A DNA stretch of 64,000 nucleotides from a virus. Its lineage: Duplodnaviria > Caudoviricetes. The position numbers and the translations under genes are program-made. The notes below the pieces were generated by a model. That model was not told where the DNA came from. It ran no database searches and saw nothing but the letters and a program-made list of their open reading frames with translations. The stretch covers positions 45,841-109,840 of the IMG/VR virus record IMGVR_UViG_3300033121_000786; one strand, 5' to 3'. Each line of letters opens with the position of its first letter. The first letter of the stretch is position 1. Shown here piece after piece: positions 8,329-17,429 of the stretch.

Positions 8329-9552
8329 ATGCGAAATCCACCAGATGCCATTTGTGAATTAGAAAATCTTAACATTAAAGATAAAGCAATATTATTAAAA
8401 GAAGAAATACAAGAAAGTAATTTATATTTATTTACTGGATTTTATTGTGCTTTAAATCCACATATTACTTTTGGTGTTAAAAAAATACCAGAAAAAAAAG
8501 TAATTGAAAATTCCCATGAATTATTTTTCCCCGAGTTTTTTGAAAATTTAAAAAAATTAGCAACAAGAGAACTCTCTAATGATACTGCTAAAGAATTAAT
8601 TAATTCAATGATGGAAAGATCATCAACTCATATGTGGAATAATTTCTATAGACGAATTCTTACTAAAAATATGAAATGTGGTGTTACTATAGATTTAATA
8701 AATTCTTGTGCGAAAGAATTAGATACTCCAGGATACTTAATTCCAAAATTTTCTTATCAATCAACAATACCATATTCTAAAAAGATTAATTTATCTGGAG
8801 AAATAATTTTACAACCAAAAGTTAATGGTGAAAGAATATTTATTACAATATATCCAAATAAACTGGTTCAATTATTTAATAAACATGGAACTGAACTTAC
8901 TCAGTATAATGAAATTAAAAATGAATTAATAAGTCTTGCTGAAGATATTAATGTACCAATGATGTTTGACGGAATAATTACTTTTGATTCCCAGAAATTA
9001 GTTTTATTTGATACATTACCTCTTGGGGATTTTGAAAAAGGACAATGCCAAATATCTCAAAGAGTTAGATTAGTCAATTTACAATTATTACCATTAATGC
9101 GTAAATTTAATTATATTACCATTATTCCATATGTTTTACTTAATTATGATGAAGAAAGCGGAAAAACTGAATTTAATAGATTTTTAAACGAATGTATAGA
9201 TACTGGATATAATGGAATGATAATTAAAAATGCAAATTCAGAATATAATTGTTCAAAAAATTCTAATTGGATGTCAATAGATTTAAATAAAATCATAGAG
9301 TTATATGATATTGAATTTATTGAAGAAAATAATAAATTAATCTCATTAATTGGATATGCTTTAGATAATAATGGAAAATCAATAAAAATTGTTTTTGATT
9401 CAGAGTTGACAGAAGAAGAAAAAGATAATTTTATTAATAAAAAGAAGAATTTTGTTGACAAATTTTTAATCGTAAGATATTATATAAGATATAAAGAAAA
9501 TGATCATTATAGATTACTTTTTCCAAAATTCTATCCTGTTTCTAGTAGATAA
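8329..9552 (+). CDS. ATP-dependent DNA ligase-like protein (gp30 family), degenerate motifs
   Basis: gp30-like N-terminal domain (TFGVKKIP, RRIL.KNM.CG); motif I KVNGER, III MFDGI, IV YNGMIIK; C-terminal OB remnant LLFPKF. Confidence 0.75.
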   Translation: MRNPPDAICELENLNIKDKAILLKEEIQESNLYLFTGFYCALNPHITFGVKKIPEKKVIENSHELFFPEFFENLKKLATRELSNDTAKELINSMMERSSTHMWNNFYRRILTKNMKCGVTIDLINSCAKELDTPGYLIPKFSYQSTIPYSKKINLSGEIILQPKVNGERIFITIYPNKLVQLFNKHGTELTQYNEIKNELISLAEDINVPMMFDGIITFDSQKLVLFDTLPLGDFEKGQCQISQRVRLVNLQLLPLMRKFNYITIIPYVLLNYDEESGKTEFNRFLNECIDTGYNGMIIKNANSEYNCSKNSNWMSIDLNKIIELYDIEFIEENNKLISLIGYALDNNGKSIKIVFDSELTEEEKDNFINKKKNFVDKFLIVRYYIRYKENDHYRLLFPKFYPVSSR

Positions 9553-9560
9553 ATATCGTT

Positions 9561-9731
9561 ATGAATACCGATTTTGACTTGCTTGTTGAAAAATTATTAG
9601 AAGAAAAACAACTTTTATCAATTCTTGTATGGGGAACAAACGATACTTACCAAATAAAAAAAGAAAAATTACTTGATTTTTGTCAAGAATTAATTAAAGA
9701 AACAATAGTATTATGTGAAAAAAATGTGTGA
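9561..9731 (+). CDS. Hypothetical protein (56 aa)
   Basis: Read manually as MNTDFDLLVEKLLEEKQ...CEKNV*; fills the gap after the ligase-like gene. Confidence 0.5.
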   Translation: MNTDFDLLVEKLLEEKQLLSILVWGTNDTYQIKKEKLLDFCQELIKETIVLCEKNV

Positions 9732-9981
9732 TATAAAATATTGTAAAGATTGTAAATATTCTATTTTATCAGGAGGTATCGGTAAAGTATTACGTTGTGT
9801 ACATCCAAAAGTAATTAAAAACAATATTACCGCAGATAATATTTCATTAACGACAGAACTTAGTGGGGAGTTATGTTCTGAAACAAGAAAAGGATATTGG
9901 TTTGTAACCTGTGGAATAAAAGGGAAATTATGGGAATCAAAATATTCAACAGAAGAATTTATAAAAACATTTAAACGTTAA
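9724..9981 (+). CDS. Small Cys-rich hypothetical protein
   Basis: CKDC...C.HP...C...R...CG..GKLW pattern. Confidence 0.6.
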   Translation: MCDIKYCKDCKYSILSGGIGKVLRCVHPKVIKNNITADNISLTTELSGELCSETRKGYWFVTCGIKGKLWESKYSTEEFIKTFKR

Positions 9982-9982
9982 G

Positions 9983-10168
9983 GTGAATATCATGAAAGAA
10001 TTAATTGATGTCATAAAAGAAAGTCTTTATGAATCTGATATTACAAAGTCTCCATCAGAAAACAAATACAATCTTGATATAGTTCAGATAGAACGATATA
10101 CTAAAACCATAATTAAAAATTATCAAGAATATTTAAATTATGCCAACAAAATCTTTCCAAAAATTTAA
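9983..10168 (+). CDS. Hypothetical protein
   Basis: Packed co-directional ORF. Confidence 0.45.
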   Translation: MNIMKELIDVIKESLYESDITKSPSENKYNLDIVQIERYTKTIIKNYQEYLNYANKIFPKI

Positions 10169-10174
10169 TTTTTT

Positions 10175-12052
10175 ATGAACAAAGAAGAATTAAAAGTATT
10201 TTGTGAAAAGAATATTTTAAATAGGAAAGGCTTACCGGACCCAAATAAATTAAAAGAAAAATGGTTTATTAAAACTAATAATAAACACATATATGATATT
10301 TTAATTTCATTATATCCAAATGCTTCTAGTTTTTCAAGTATTATTTTTAATATAATAAATGATATATCTACTAATTCATTAAGTTGTCCAATTTGTAATA
10401 AAAATTTTGTAAAATTTATAAATTTTACAAAGGGGTATACAACTTGTTGTTCAATAAAATGTTCAAGTAACAATCCAAACAAAATTGCAGCGACAAAACA
10501 AACTTGTATTAATAAGTACGGTACTGATCATCCATTTAAATCTATAGAAATAAGAGAAAAGATAAAACAAACATGTATTGATAGGTATGGCGTTGATAAC
10601 GCTTTAAAATCTAAAGAACTACGAAAAAAGGTACAACAAACTTGTATTGATAGGTATGGCGTTGATCATCCATTAAAATCCGATCAAGTGAAAGAAAAAA
10701 TAAAACAAACTTGTATTGATAAGTATGGCGTTGATAATTCTTTAAAATCCGATCAAGTAAAAGAAAAAATAAAACAAACGTGTATTGATAAATATGGTGT
10801 TGATCACCCATTTAAATCTATAGAAATAAGAGAAAAAATAAAACAAACTTGTATTGATAGGTATGGGGTTGACCACCAATCTAAATCTGATCAAACAAAA
10901 GAAAAGATAAAACAAACATGTATTGATAGGTATGGCGTTGATTCATATTCAAAAACTGAAGAATTTAAAATTAAAAGTGAATATACTAATATACTAAAAT
11001 ATAATAGAAAATGGTCAAGTCAAAAATATTTTTCTCAGGATACGGTTGAAAAATTATCAAATAAAGATTGGTTAATTGAACAACATCATTTCAATAAACG
11101 AACTTTGAGTGAGATGTCTCAGGAATTGAATGTAGATTATACTACGGTTAAAAAGTATTTAGATAAACATGATATTGAATTTAAGATGTATTACAGTTGT
11201 TCATCTGAACAAAAAATTATATATAATTTTTTATCAAAATATATTAAAGAACTTAAATTCAATGTAAATAATATCATTCCACCAAAAGAATTAGATATAT
11301 TTATTCCTGAAAAAAATCTTGCAATAGAATATTGTGGGTTATATTGGCATTCATCAGATAAAAGAGCAAATGGTTATCATTATAATAAATATATTGAATG
11401 TAAAAATAAAGGAATAAGATTAATTACAATTTTTGAAGATGAATGGTTAAATAATACTTCTATTGTTGAAAAAAAATTATTACATATTTTAAATATTAAT
11501 GATGAGAAAAAAATTTTTGCGAGAAAATGTAATATTTTATATGTAAATGATAGTAAAAATTTTCTTGATAAGTTTCATATACAAGGATATGGAAGTGGAT
11601 CAATAAATATTGGATTAGAATTTGATTCAGAATTAGTTGCATGTATGAGTTTTAGAAAATTAAAAGATAATATTTATGAAATAAATAGATATGCAACATC
11701 ATGTAATGTTATTGGTGGGTTTTCTAAAATATTAACTTATTTCAAAAAAAAATATACTTGGACTGAAATAATTACTTTTGCTGATTTACGTTGGCATAAT
11801 GGTGATGTATATCTAAAAAATGGATTTTGTGTTGATAAATTTTTATATCCAGATTATCAATATATCTTAAATAAAACGAGAATCCATAAATTCAATTTTA
11901 GAAAAAAATATATTCAAAAAAAATTCCCAGATATATACGATGACACCTTGACAGAAATTGAAAATATGAATAAAATAGGAATTCCACGAATATATGATTG
12001 TGGAAAATTGAGATTTTTATTACAAAATAATGGAGTAAATAATGCAAATTAA
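10175..12052 (+). CDS. Free-standing homing endonuclease-like protein (Hef/PD-(D/E)xK type) with Zn motif and tandem repeats
   Basis: CPIC...CCSIKC; seven 23-aa repeats; nuclease core ELDIFIPEKNLAIEYCGLYWHS...GIRLITIFEDEW; C-terminal FAR.C...HIQG...RYA...FAD.R...IYDCG domain. Confidence 0.85.
   Translation: MNKEELKVFCEKNILNRKGLPDPNKLKEKWFIKTNNKHIYDILISLYPNASSFSSIIFNIINDISTNSLSCPICNKNFVKFINFTKGYTTCCSIKCSSNNPNKIAATKQTCINKYGTDHPFKSIEIREKIKQTCIDRYGVDNALKSKELRKKVQQTCIDRYGVDHPLKSDQVKEKIKQTCIDKYGVDNSLKSDQVKEKIKQTCIDKYGVDHPFKSIEIREKIKQTCIDRYGVDHQSKSDQTKEKIKQTCIDRYGVDSYSKTEEFKIKSEYTNILKYNRKWSSQKYFSQDTVEKLSNKDWLIEQHHFNKRTLSEMSQELNVDYTTVKKYLDKHDIEFKMYYSCSSEQKIIYNFLSKYIKELKFNVNNIIPPKELDIFIPEKNLAIEYCGLYWHSSDKRANGYHYNKYIECKNKGIRLITIFEDEWLNNTSIVEKKLLHILNINDEKKIFARKCNILYVNDSKNFLDKFHIQGYGSGSINIGLEFDSELVACMSFRKLKDNIYEINRYATSCNVIGGFSKILTYFKKKYTWTEIITFADLRWHNGDVYLKNGFCVDKFLYPDYQYILNKTRIHKFNFRKKYIQKKFPDIYDDTLTEIENMNKIGIPRIYDCGKLRFLLQNNGVNNAN
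10490..10975 (+). repeat. Seven ~69-bp coding tandem repeats (KIKQTCIDRYGVDxxxKSxxxxE)
   Basis: Visible in both DNA and translation; ends approximate. Confidence 0.9.
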
Positions 12053-13173
12053 AACAACAAGAGAAGAATTGGCAAAGAAAAAGTTATTCATTGGTATGCC
12101 CTGTTACGGAGGTATGATGTGTGGCATGACTGCCAAATCATTACTTGATTTACAAGCAGTTTTAGGACAATATGGTATAGACACTAAATTTAGTTTTTTA
12201 TTTAACGAATCACTAATTCAACGTGCGCGTAAAATATAATTGCGCCAATATAAAGTAATTTATATTGAAAAGATTGTTAATTGCTGGAAACTCCGAATGA
12301 ATCTTAATTACCACAACATAATTGGAAACGATAAGTGTGAAGGTTTAAAAAATATTAAGGAGCGGATGATCAGCAGCCGAGTACCTAAGTTATTAAATAT
12401 GGTAAGGGTTCACAGACCAGAGAATTGATCTCGTAGGAATTAAGCTAATGAATTCCGAAATACAATCATTCCTTAATGGAATATGATATGGTCGAATCTC
12501 TATAGAGATATAGAGCAGTTTAATAAACGGATAAGTTGTTGCGTAACTTATTGAATATAAAATGAATTATATAGCAGATGAATTTTTAAATCGATCTGAT
12601 TGTACACATTTAATGTTTATTGATTCGGATATTGCATTTAATCCACAAGATGTTATTGCAATGTTAGCATTAGACAAAGATATTGCAGGCGGTCCTTATC
12701 CGAAAAAGTCGATTGATTGGGGGCAATTACATAGAGCAATTAAGAAACATCCTGATTTGCCAGCAAGTGAATATGAAAAGTTAACTGGGTCAATTGTATT
12801 TAATCCGGTTGGAGGGACTAAGCATTTTAATGTAACAGAACCTTTAGAAGTTTCTGAAGTTGGGACTGGATTTATGTTGATTAAACGGGAAGTTTTTGAG
12901 AAATTTCAAGAATCTCATCCTGAATATATGTATAAACCTGATCATGTTGGACAAGCACATTTTGGTGGAGATAGAGAAATATGTTCGTTTTTTAATGTTT
13001 TTATTGATCCTGATAGTAAAAGGACTTTATCAGAAGATTATTGTTTCTGTCATCAAGTTAGAAAATTGGGGATGAAAATTTGGTTATGTCCTTGGTTTAC
13101 TCTTAGTCATATTGGATCAAATATTTTCCAAGGTTCGTTACCAGCAGTAGCACAATATCTTGGAGAAATGTAA
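12042..13173 (+). CDS. GT-A-fold glycosyltransferase-like protein; spliced join(12042..12230,12565..13173), 265 aa
   Basis: Splicing restores NESLIQRAR|NYIADEFL...THLMFIDSDI (DxD), GTGFMLIKREVF and LSEDY.FC. Confidence 0.88.
12231..12564 (+). mobile_element. Group I self-splicing intron (334 nt, no ORF, probably subgroup IA)
   Basis: 5' splice site after U12230 (U-G pair with G12242 in P1); terminal G12564; P10 ATATAATT/AATTATAT; P3 GATTGT/ACAATC; P7 GACCA/TGGTC; P, Q, R and S elements present; reading frame restored. Confidence 0.93.
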
Positions 13174-13175
13174 AT

Positions 13176-13201
13176 AAAAAAGACCTTAATTGGTCTTTTT
13201 T
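13176..13201 (+). terminator. Intrinsic (possibly bidirectional) terminator
   Basis: AAAAAAGACC-TTAATT-GGTCTTTTTT. Confidence 0.75.
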
Positions 13202-13209
13202 ACTAATTA

Positions 13210-13238
13210 TTGACTTTTTTGGAAAAGTCCTGTAAAAT
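13210..13238 (+). promoter_or_regulatory. sigma70-like promoter for the clamp/clamp-loader operon
   Basis: TTGACT-N17-TAAAAT directly after the terminator. Confidence 0.65.
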
Positions 13239-13260
13239 TTTCTTTTTGGATGAAATTATT

Positions 13261-13572
13261 ATGAACAAAGAAGATTTCCCTCATTATTATAAGAACGTTA
13301 AGAAACTTGAATATATTGATGTATATAGGATATTAGAATTATTTAATGTTACTGATCAAGCAATTGGACATGCTATTAAGAAGTTATTAGTTGCTGGTGG
13401 TCGTGGACATAAAGATTTCAAGAAGGATGTAAAGGAAGCAATTGTTTCTCTTGAGAGATGGTTAGATATGAAACAAGAAGATGAAATTGAAAATAAAATT
13501 GAAGATGAGATTGAGGATGAATATAACACGGTATCAGAATTTGTTGAAATTAATAAAAGGAGAACTAAATGA
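13261..13572 (+). CDS. DUF3310-like small phage protein (T7 gp1.7 nucleotide-kinase-like)
   Basis: PHY...IDVY...HAIKKLL..G.RGHKD...D.KEA...L pattern; ATG 13261 lies downstream of the promoter. Confidence 0.55.
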   Translation: MNKEDFPHYYKNVKKLEYIDVYRILELFNVTDQAIGHAIKKLLVAGGRGHKDFKKDVKEAIVSLERWLDMKQEDEIENKIEDEIEDEYNTVSEFVEINKRRTK

Positions 13573-14249
13573 AGTTAAGTAATGAAACATTAACTATATT
13601 AAAGAATTTTGCCACTATTAATCCGGGGATTTTATTTAAAAGTGGTAATACTATTTCAACGATGTCTCCACAAAAAAATATATTAGTTGATGCAAAAATT
13701 GCAGAAGAATTTCCCAGAACTTTTGCAATTTATGATTTAAACAATTTTTTATCAGTAATTTCTTTATTTAAAGATTCTGCTGATTTGGAATTTGATGACA
13801 AGCATGTTATAATTAAAGGAATGGGAGGAAGATCAAAAATTAAATATCGATTTACAGCAGAAAATATGGTGGTTGCCCCTCCTGAGAAAAGACCAGTATT
13901 ACCTTCAGTTGATGTTACGTTTAAATTAACTACAGAAGATTTTAATTGGTTATTAAAATGTGCAAATGTTTTAGGTTGTCCGCATATTGCTATTACAAGC
14001 GAAGGGAATAAAACAGTATTAATGGCATTTGATGCAAATGATAATTCATCGAATGTTCAGAGTTTAGAACTGGATAATGAAAATTTAGAAAATAAAGTAT
14101 TTAATTTAATTTTTAAGACAGAGAACTTAAAGATTATTCCGGGAGATTATGATGTGGAAATTTCATCTGCTGGTATTGCAAAATTTATTGATTTAAATAA
14201 AAATTTAGTATATTTTATTACGATTGAAACTTCTTCAACTTTTAATTAA
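13569..14249 (+). CDS. 45: Sliding clamp gp45
   Basis: MKLSNETLTILKNFATIN, FAIYDLNNFL, NLKIIPGDYDV. Confidence 0.96.
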   Translation: MKLSNETLTILKNFATINPGILFKSGNTISTMSPQKNILVDAKIAEEFPRTFAIYDLNNFLSVISLFKDSADLEFDDKHVIIKGMGGRSKIKYRFTAENMVVAPPEKRPVLPSVDVTFKLTTEDFNWLLKCANVLGCPHIAITSEGNKTVLMAFDANDNSSNVQSLELDNENLENKVFNLIFKTENLKIIPGDYDVEISSAGIAKFIDLNKNLVYFITIETSSTFN

Positions 14250-14260
14250 GGAGATTTATT

Positions 14261-14542
14261 ATGACTAAAACCGTTGTTTCTACATTTGGTACATTTACCG
14301 ATCAAGAGTTAGAAACTTTAAAGAAAGGTGTAAATGAATTAGTTGATGTTATGGAAATGCAAGCATCACAAAGAGCAGTTGCAAAGGATATTTTAGATAA
14401 TCTTCATGAAGAATTAAAAATTCCAAAGAAATTAATTAGAATGATGGCAAAAACTCAATTTAAGAGAAATTATGGCGAAGTGATTGCTGAACAGGAAGAA
14501 TTTTCATTATTATTTGAAGGTATGGTTGGAAACGGAGAATAA
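14261..14542 (+). CDS. DsbA-like small dsDNA-binding protein
   Basis: 93-aa helical protein with KDI....EEL.IPKK....MAK...K pattern as in T4 DsbA-like proteins. Confidence 0.6.
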   Translation: MTKTVVSTFGTFTDQELETLKKGVNELVDVMEMQASQRAVAKDILDNLHEELKIPKKLIRMMAKTQFKRNYGEVIAEQEEFSLLFEGMVGNGE

Positions 14543-14544
14543 TA

Positions 14545-14742
14545 ATGGATAAAAGAACTTTTATTGTTAGACAAAGACCGTTGATTGTAAAAGCAACTGA
14601 ACTTGATATAGGTGATTATTTAATTGAAGATAAGTTTGGACAACAACATATTTGTTCAAAAAGTGATTTTGAAAAAAAGTTTGATGTTTTGACTTCAGAA
14701 GAAATAAGAATGTATAATTGCATTAATGAAGTATACAAATAA
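14545..14742 (+). CDS. Hypothetical protein (PGDYG-like motif)
   Basis: IGDYLIED..G....C....FEK.F. Confidence 0.5.
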   Translation: MDKRTFIVRQRPLIVKATELDIGDYLIEDKFGQQHICSKSDFEKKFDVLTSEEIRMYNCINEVYK

Positions 14743-14750
14743 TATAATCT

Positions 14751-15689
14751 ATGAATAATGAAGAATTTTTGTGGGTTGAAAAATATAGACCACAGACTGT
14801 AACTGATTGTATTCTTCCAACCTCAATAAAAGATGTATTTAAAATATATGTAGAGAAAAAAGAAATTCCAAATTTATTATTAATTGGAGGTCCGGGAACT
14901 GGTAAAACATCAATTGCTAAAGCAGTGTGTAATGATGTTGGGTGTGATTATTTATTTATTAATGCCTCCGAAGAAAATGGTATTGATGTTTTAAGGAATA
15001 AAATTGCTAACTATGCTTCTTCTGTTTCTTTATCAGGAGGAAGAAAAGTAATTATTTTGGATGAATTTGAAGCAACCACAAGCAATTTTCAAACGGCATT
15101 TCGTGCTTCTTTAGAAGCATATTCAAAAAATGCAACTTTTATTTTAACGGCAAATTTTGAAAATAAAATAATTCAACCTATACATTCAAGATGCGCAGTA
15201 ATTAAATTTAACGTATCTAAATCAGAGAAAAAGCAATTACTTCTTCAGTTTTTTAAACGAGTTTGTTATATTCTTGAATCAGAAAAAATTGAATATAACA
15301 AAGAAGTAGTTGCAAATTTTATTATGAGATGGTATCCTGACAATAGAAGGATTTTAAATGAATTGCAAAGATATTCTTCTAGTGGTAGCATTGATATTGG
15401 ATTATTAACCCAGATTGGTGATATTCAATTAAAAGATTTATTAAGTTATTTAAAAGAGAAAAATTTTGGAAAAGTTAGAGAATGGGTTGTGGAGAATCAT
15501 ACAAATGATCCTAATACAATTTATAGAAAATTATATGATGGAATGTATGAATTTTTAACTCCAAATTCAATTCCTCAATTAGTGTTAATTATTGCTAAAT
15601 ATCAATATCAATCAGGATTTTCTTGTGATCAAGAAATAAATTTATTAGCATTTATGATTGAAGTTATGACAGATTGTCAGTTTAAATAA
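14751..15689 (+). CDS. 44: Clamp loader ATPase gp44
   Basis: LWVEKYRP, GGPGTGKT, ILDEF, HSRC. Confidence 0.96.
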   Translation: MNNEEFLWVEKYRPQTVTDCILPTSIKDVFKIYVEKKEIPNLLLIGGPGTGKTSIAKAVCNDVGCDYLFINASEENGIDVLRNKIANYASSVSLSGGRKVIILDEFEATTSNFQTAFRASLEAYSKNATFILTANFENKIIQPIHSRCAVIKFNVSKSEKKQLLLQFFKRVCYILESEKIEYNKEVVANFIMRWYPDNRRILNELQRYSSSGSIDIGLLTQIGDIQLKDLLSYLKEKNFGKVREWVVENHTNDPNTIYRKLYDGMYEFLTPNSIPQLVLIIAKYQYQSGFSCDQEINLLAFMIEVMTDCQFK

Positions 15690-16081
15690 TGGAAAAGGAT
15701 TTATTTAAAGAAATAATACCTTCATTATTACAAAATAATGATTATCAATTAATTTCTGAAGACGATGAAAAAAATTATAATCCGTTTGTTGTAAATAAAG
15801 TTTTATCGGGATATATTGATACAGTTTATTTGTCTAATATGATGAATCTATCAAGTCATCTTGATAAAAAAATGCAATATGATTTTTTCTTTCATTCTAT
15901 TAGAAAATATAAAAGAAAATATTCAAAATGGTTAAAATCTAAAGAAGTTGAAAATATTAATATCATTAAAGAATATTATAACATATCTTTGAATAAAGCA
16001 AAGGAGGTTTTATTAATATTATCTGAAGAACAAATTACTGAATTAAAATCCAGATTAGATAAAGGTGGAAAATCTAAATAA
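15689..16081 (+). CDS. 62: Clamp loader small subunit gp62
   Basis: YNPFVVNK.LS, N.MN, MQYDF, IKEYY; follows gp44. Confidence 0.93.
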   Translation: MEKDLFKEIIPSLLQNNDYQLISEDDEKNYNPFVVNKVLSGYIDTVYLSNMMNLSSHLDKKMQYDFFFHSIRKYKRKYSKWLKSKEVENINIIKEYYNISLNKAKEVLLILSEEQITELKSRLDKGGKSK

Positions 16082-16115
16082 TATAAATATTTATATTATT
16101 GTCTGGAGAATGAAT

Positions 16116-16559
16116 ATGGATGACATTTTTAATGGATATGGTATTTCGGTAGAACTTTTAGATGAAGATAGTTTTTTAAAGATTAAGGAAACATTATCTA
16201 GGATTGGAGTTGCATCAGTTAAATTTAATGAAAATACTTTGGAACCAACTCAAAAGATATTATTTCCATCGGTATATTTATTACATAAAAGAGGATTTTA
16301 TCGGATTTTACATTTTAAAGAATTATTTGCATTAGATAAGAAACCTACTAATATATCTGAAAATGATATTGCAAGAAGGAATACCATTGCGTTATTACTT
16401 CAGGATTGGGATTTATTAAAGATTACTGATGATAGTTCTATAAAGAATAATGTAGTAGATTTGAATCAGATCAAAATTTTAACATATAAAGAAAAACCAG
16501 ATTGGGAAATTTCGCATAAATATAATGTTGGAAAAAAGAAAGGAAATTTTAATAAATAA
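16116..16559 (+). CDS. regA: Translational repressor RegA
   Basis: FLKIKETLSRIGVAS, LHKRG.Y.I.HFKELF.LD, RRNTIA.LL.DW.L, KYNVG. Confidence 0.96.
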   Translation: MDDIFNGYGISVELLDEDSFLKIKETLSRIGVASVKFNENTLEPTQKILFPSVYLLHKRGFYRILHFKELFALDKKPTNISENDIARRNTIALLLQDWDLLKITDDSSIKNNVVDLNQIKILTYKEKPDWEISHKYNVGKKKGNFNK

Positions 16560-16593
16560 TCTGCTGGAAATCAGATTAAACTTTCCAAATTAA

Positions 16594-16654
16594 ATCTTTG
16601 CCTTCGGGAAAGATGTCTTTTTAATTTCTTGCTTTAATTAGGAGAATAACTATG
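16594..16654 (+). promoter_or_regulatory. Structured hsp20 leader: CUUCGG hairpin plus ROSE-like SD-sequestering hairpin
   Basis: ATCTTTGC-CTTCGG-GAAAGAT, then TCTTGCT-TTAATT-AGGAGA just upstream of the ATG. Confidence 0.6.
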
Positions 16655-17155
16655 ACTAGAACTGCATTACAAAAATCACTTTCACCAAATTATTCTGTTG
16701 GTTCTGTAACTGGAATTGGCGATAAAAATATGCTAACAGAATATACAAATCAATTGGTGCCAAACATCTATGAACCTTTTTTTGTTGGATTTGATCGTAT
16801 TTTTGATGAATTATCAAAGGTTCCTATGATGAAAAATATAAATTATCCGCCTTATAATATCAGAAAAGTTGATGATCTAAATTATGTTATCGAAATCGCC
16901 GTTGCGGGATTTGATAAAAATGAAATTGATATTAATTTAGAAGATTCTCTTCTTGTTGTTACAGGAACTAAATCGTCTGAAGATACTATGGAATATTTAC
17001 ATAAAGGTATCTCTAATAGAGATTTTAAACGAGAATATAAACTTGCTGATACAGTTGAAGTTCAGGAAGCAAATATGAAAGATGGTATTTTAACAATAAT
17101 GTTAAAAAATCATATTCCTGAACATAAACTTCCAAAGAAAATCAATATTTCTTAA
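16652..17155 (+). CDS. hsp20: Small heat-shock protein (Hsp20/IbpA family)
   Basis: FVGFDR, NYPPYNI, IEIAVAGF, YLHKGISNRDF, DGILTI, IPEHKLPKKI. Confidence 0.95.
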   Translation: MTRTALQKSLSPNYSVGSVTGIGDKNMLTEYTNQLVPNIYEPFFVGFDRIFDELSKVPMMKNINYPPYNIRKVDDLNYVIEIAVAGFDKNEIDINLEDSLLVVTGTKSSEDTMEYLHKGISNRDFKREYKLADTVEVQEANMKDGILTIMLKNHIPEHKLPKKINIS

Positions 17156-17164
17156 TAAATTTAA

Positions 17165-17197
17165 CTAAGGGGAGAAATTAATCTCCCCTTAGATTTT
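17165..17197 (+). terminator. Intrinsic terminator after hsp20
   Basis: CTAAGGGGAGA-AATTAA-TCTCCCCTTAG followed by ATTTTT. Confidence 0.85.
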
Positions 17198-17225
17198 TCA
17201 ATAATATTAATATAAGAGAGTTTTT

Positions 17226-17429
17226 ATGTCTAAAAAAACTTATAAACTTCATAGTCCTTTAATCAAAGTCAGAAGTAAAATTAACACAGAAGATATTTAT
17301 TATACTTCTAAGGATTTTCCCGAAAAAATTATTGAGGGGAAAAAATTTATGGGTGTCAAAAGAATTCCATCTGATAAAAATATTAGATATATGCTAAAAG
17401 AGAATATGACATTTATATCAAATGAATGA
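17226..17429 (+). CDS. Hypothetical protein
   Basis: 67-aa ORF with SD, packed in the operon. Confidence 0.6.
   Translation: MSKKTYKLHSPLIKVRSKINTEDIYYTSKDFPEKIIEGKKFMGVKRIPSDKNIRYMLKENMTFISNE

Noticed and set aside
10490-10975. Regular ~69-bp repeats resembling a CRISPR array
   Set aside because: In-frame coding repeats with synonymous variation, no unique spacers and no cas genes.
12240-12428. 62-aa ORF between the two glycosyltransferase halves
   Set aside because: Lies wholly within the intron's catalytic core, has no endonuclease motifs and starts at TTG; treated as spurious.
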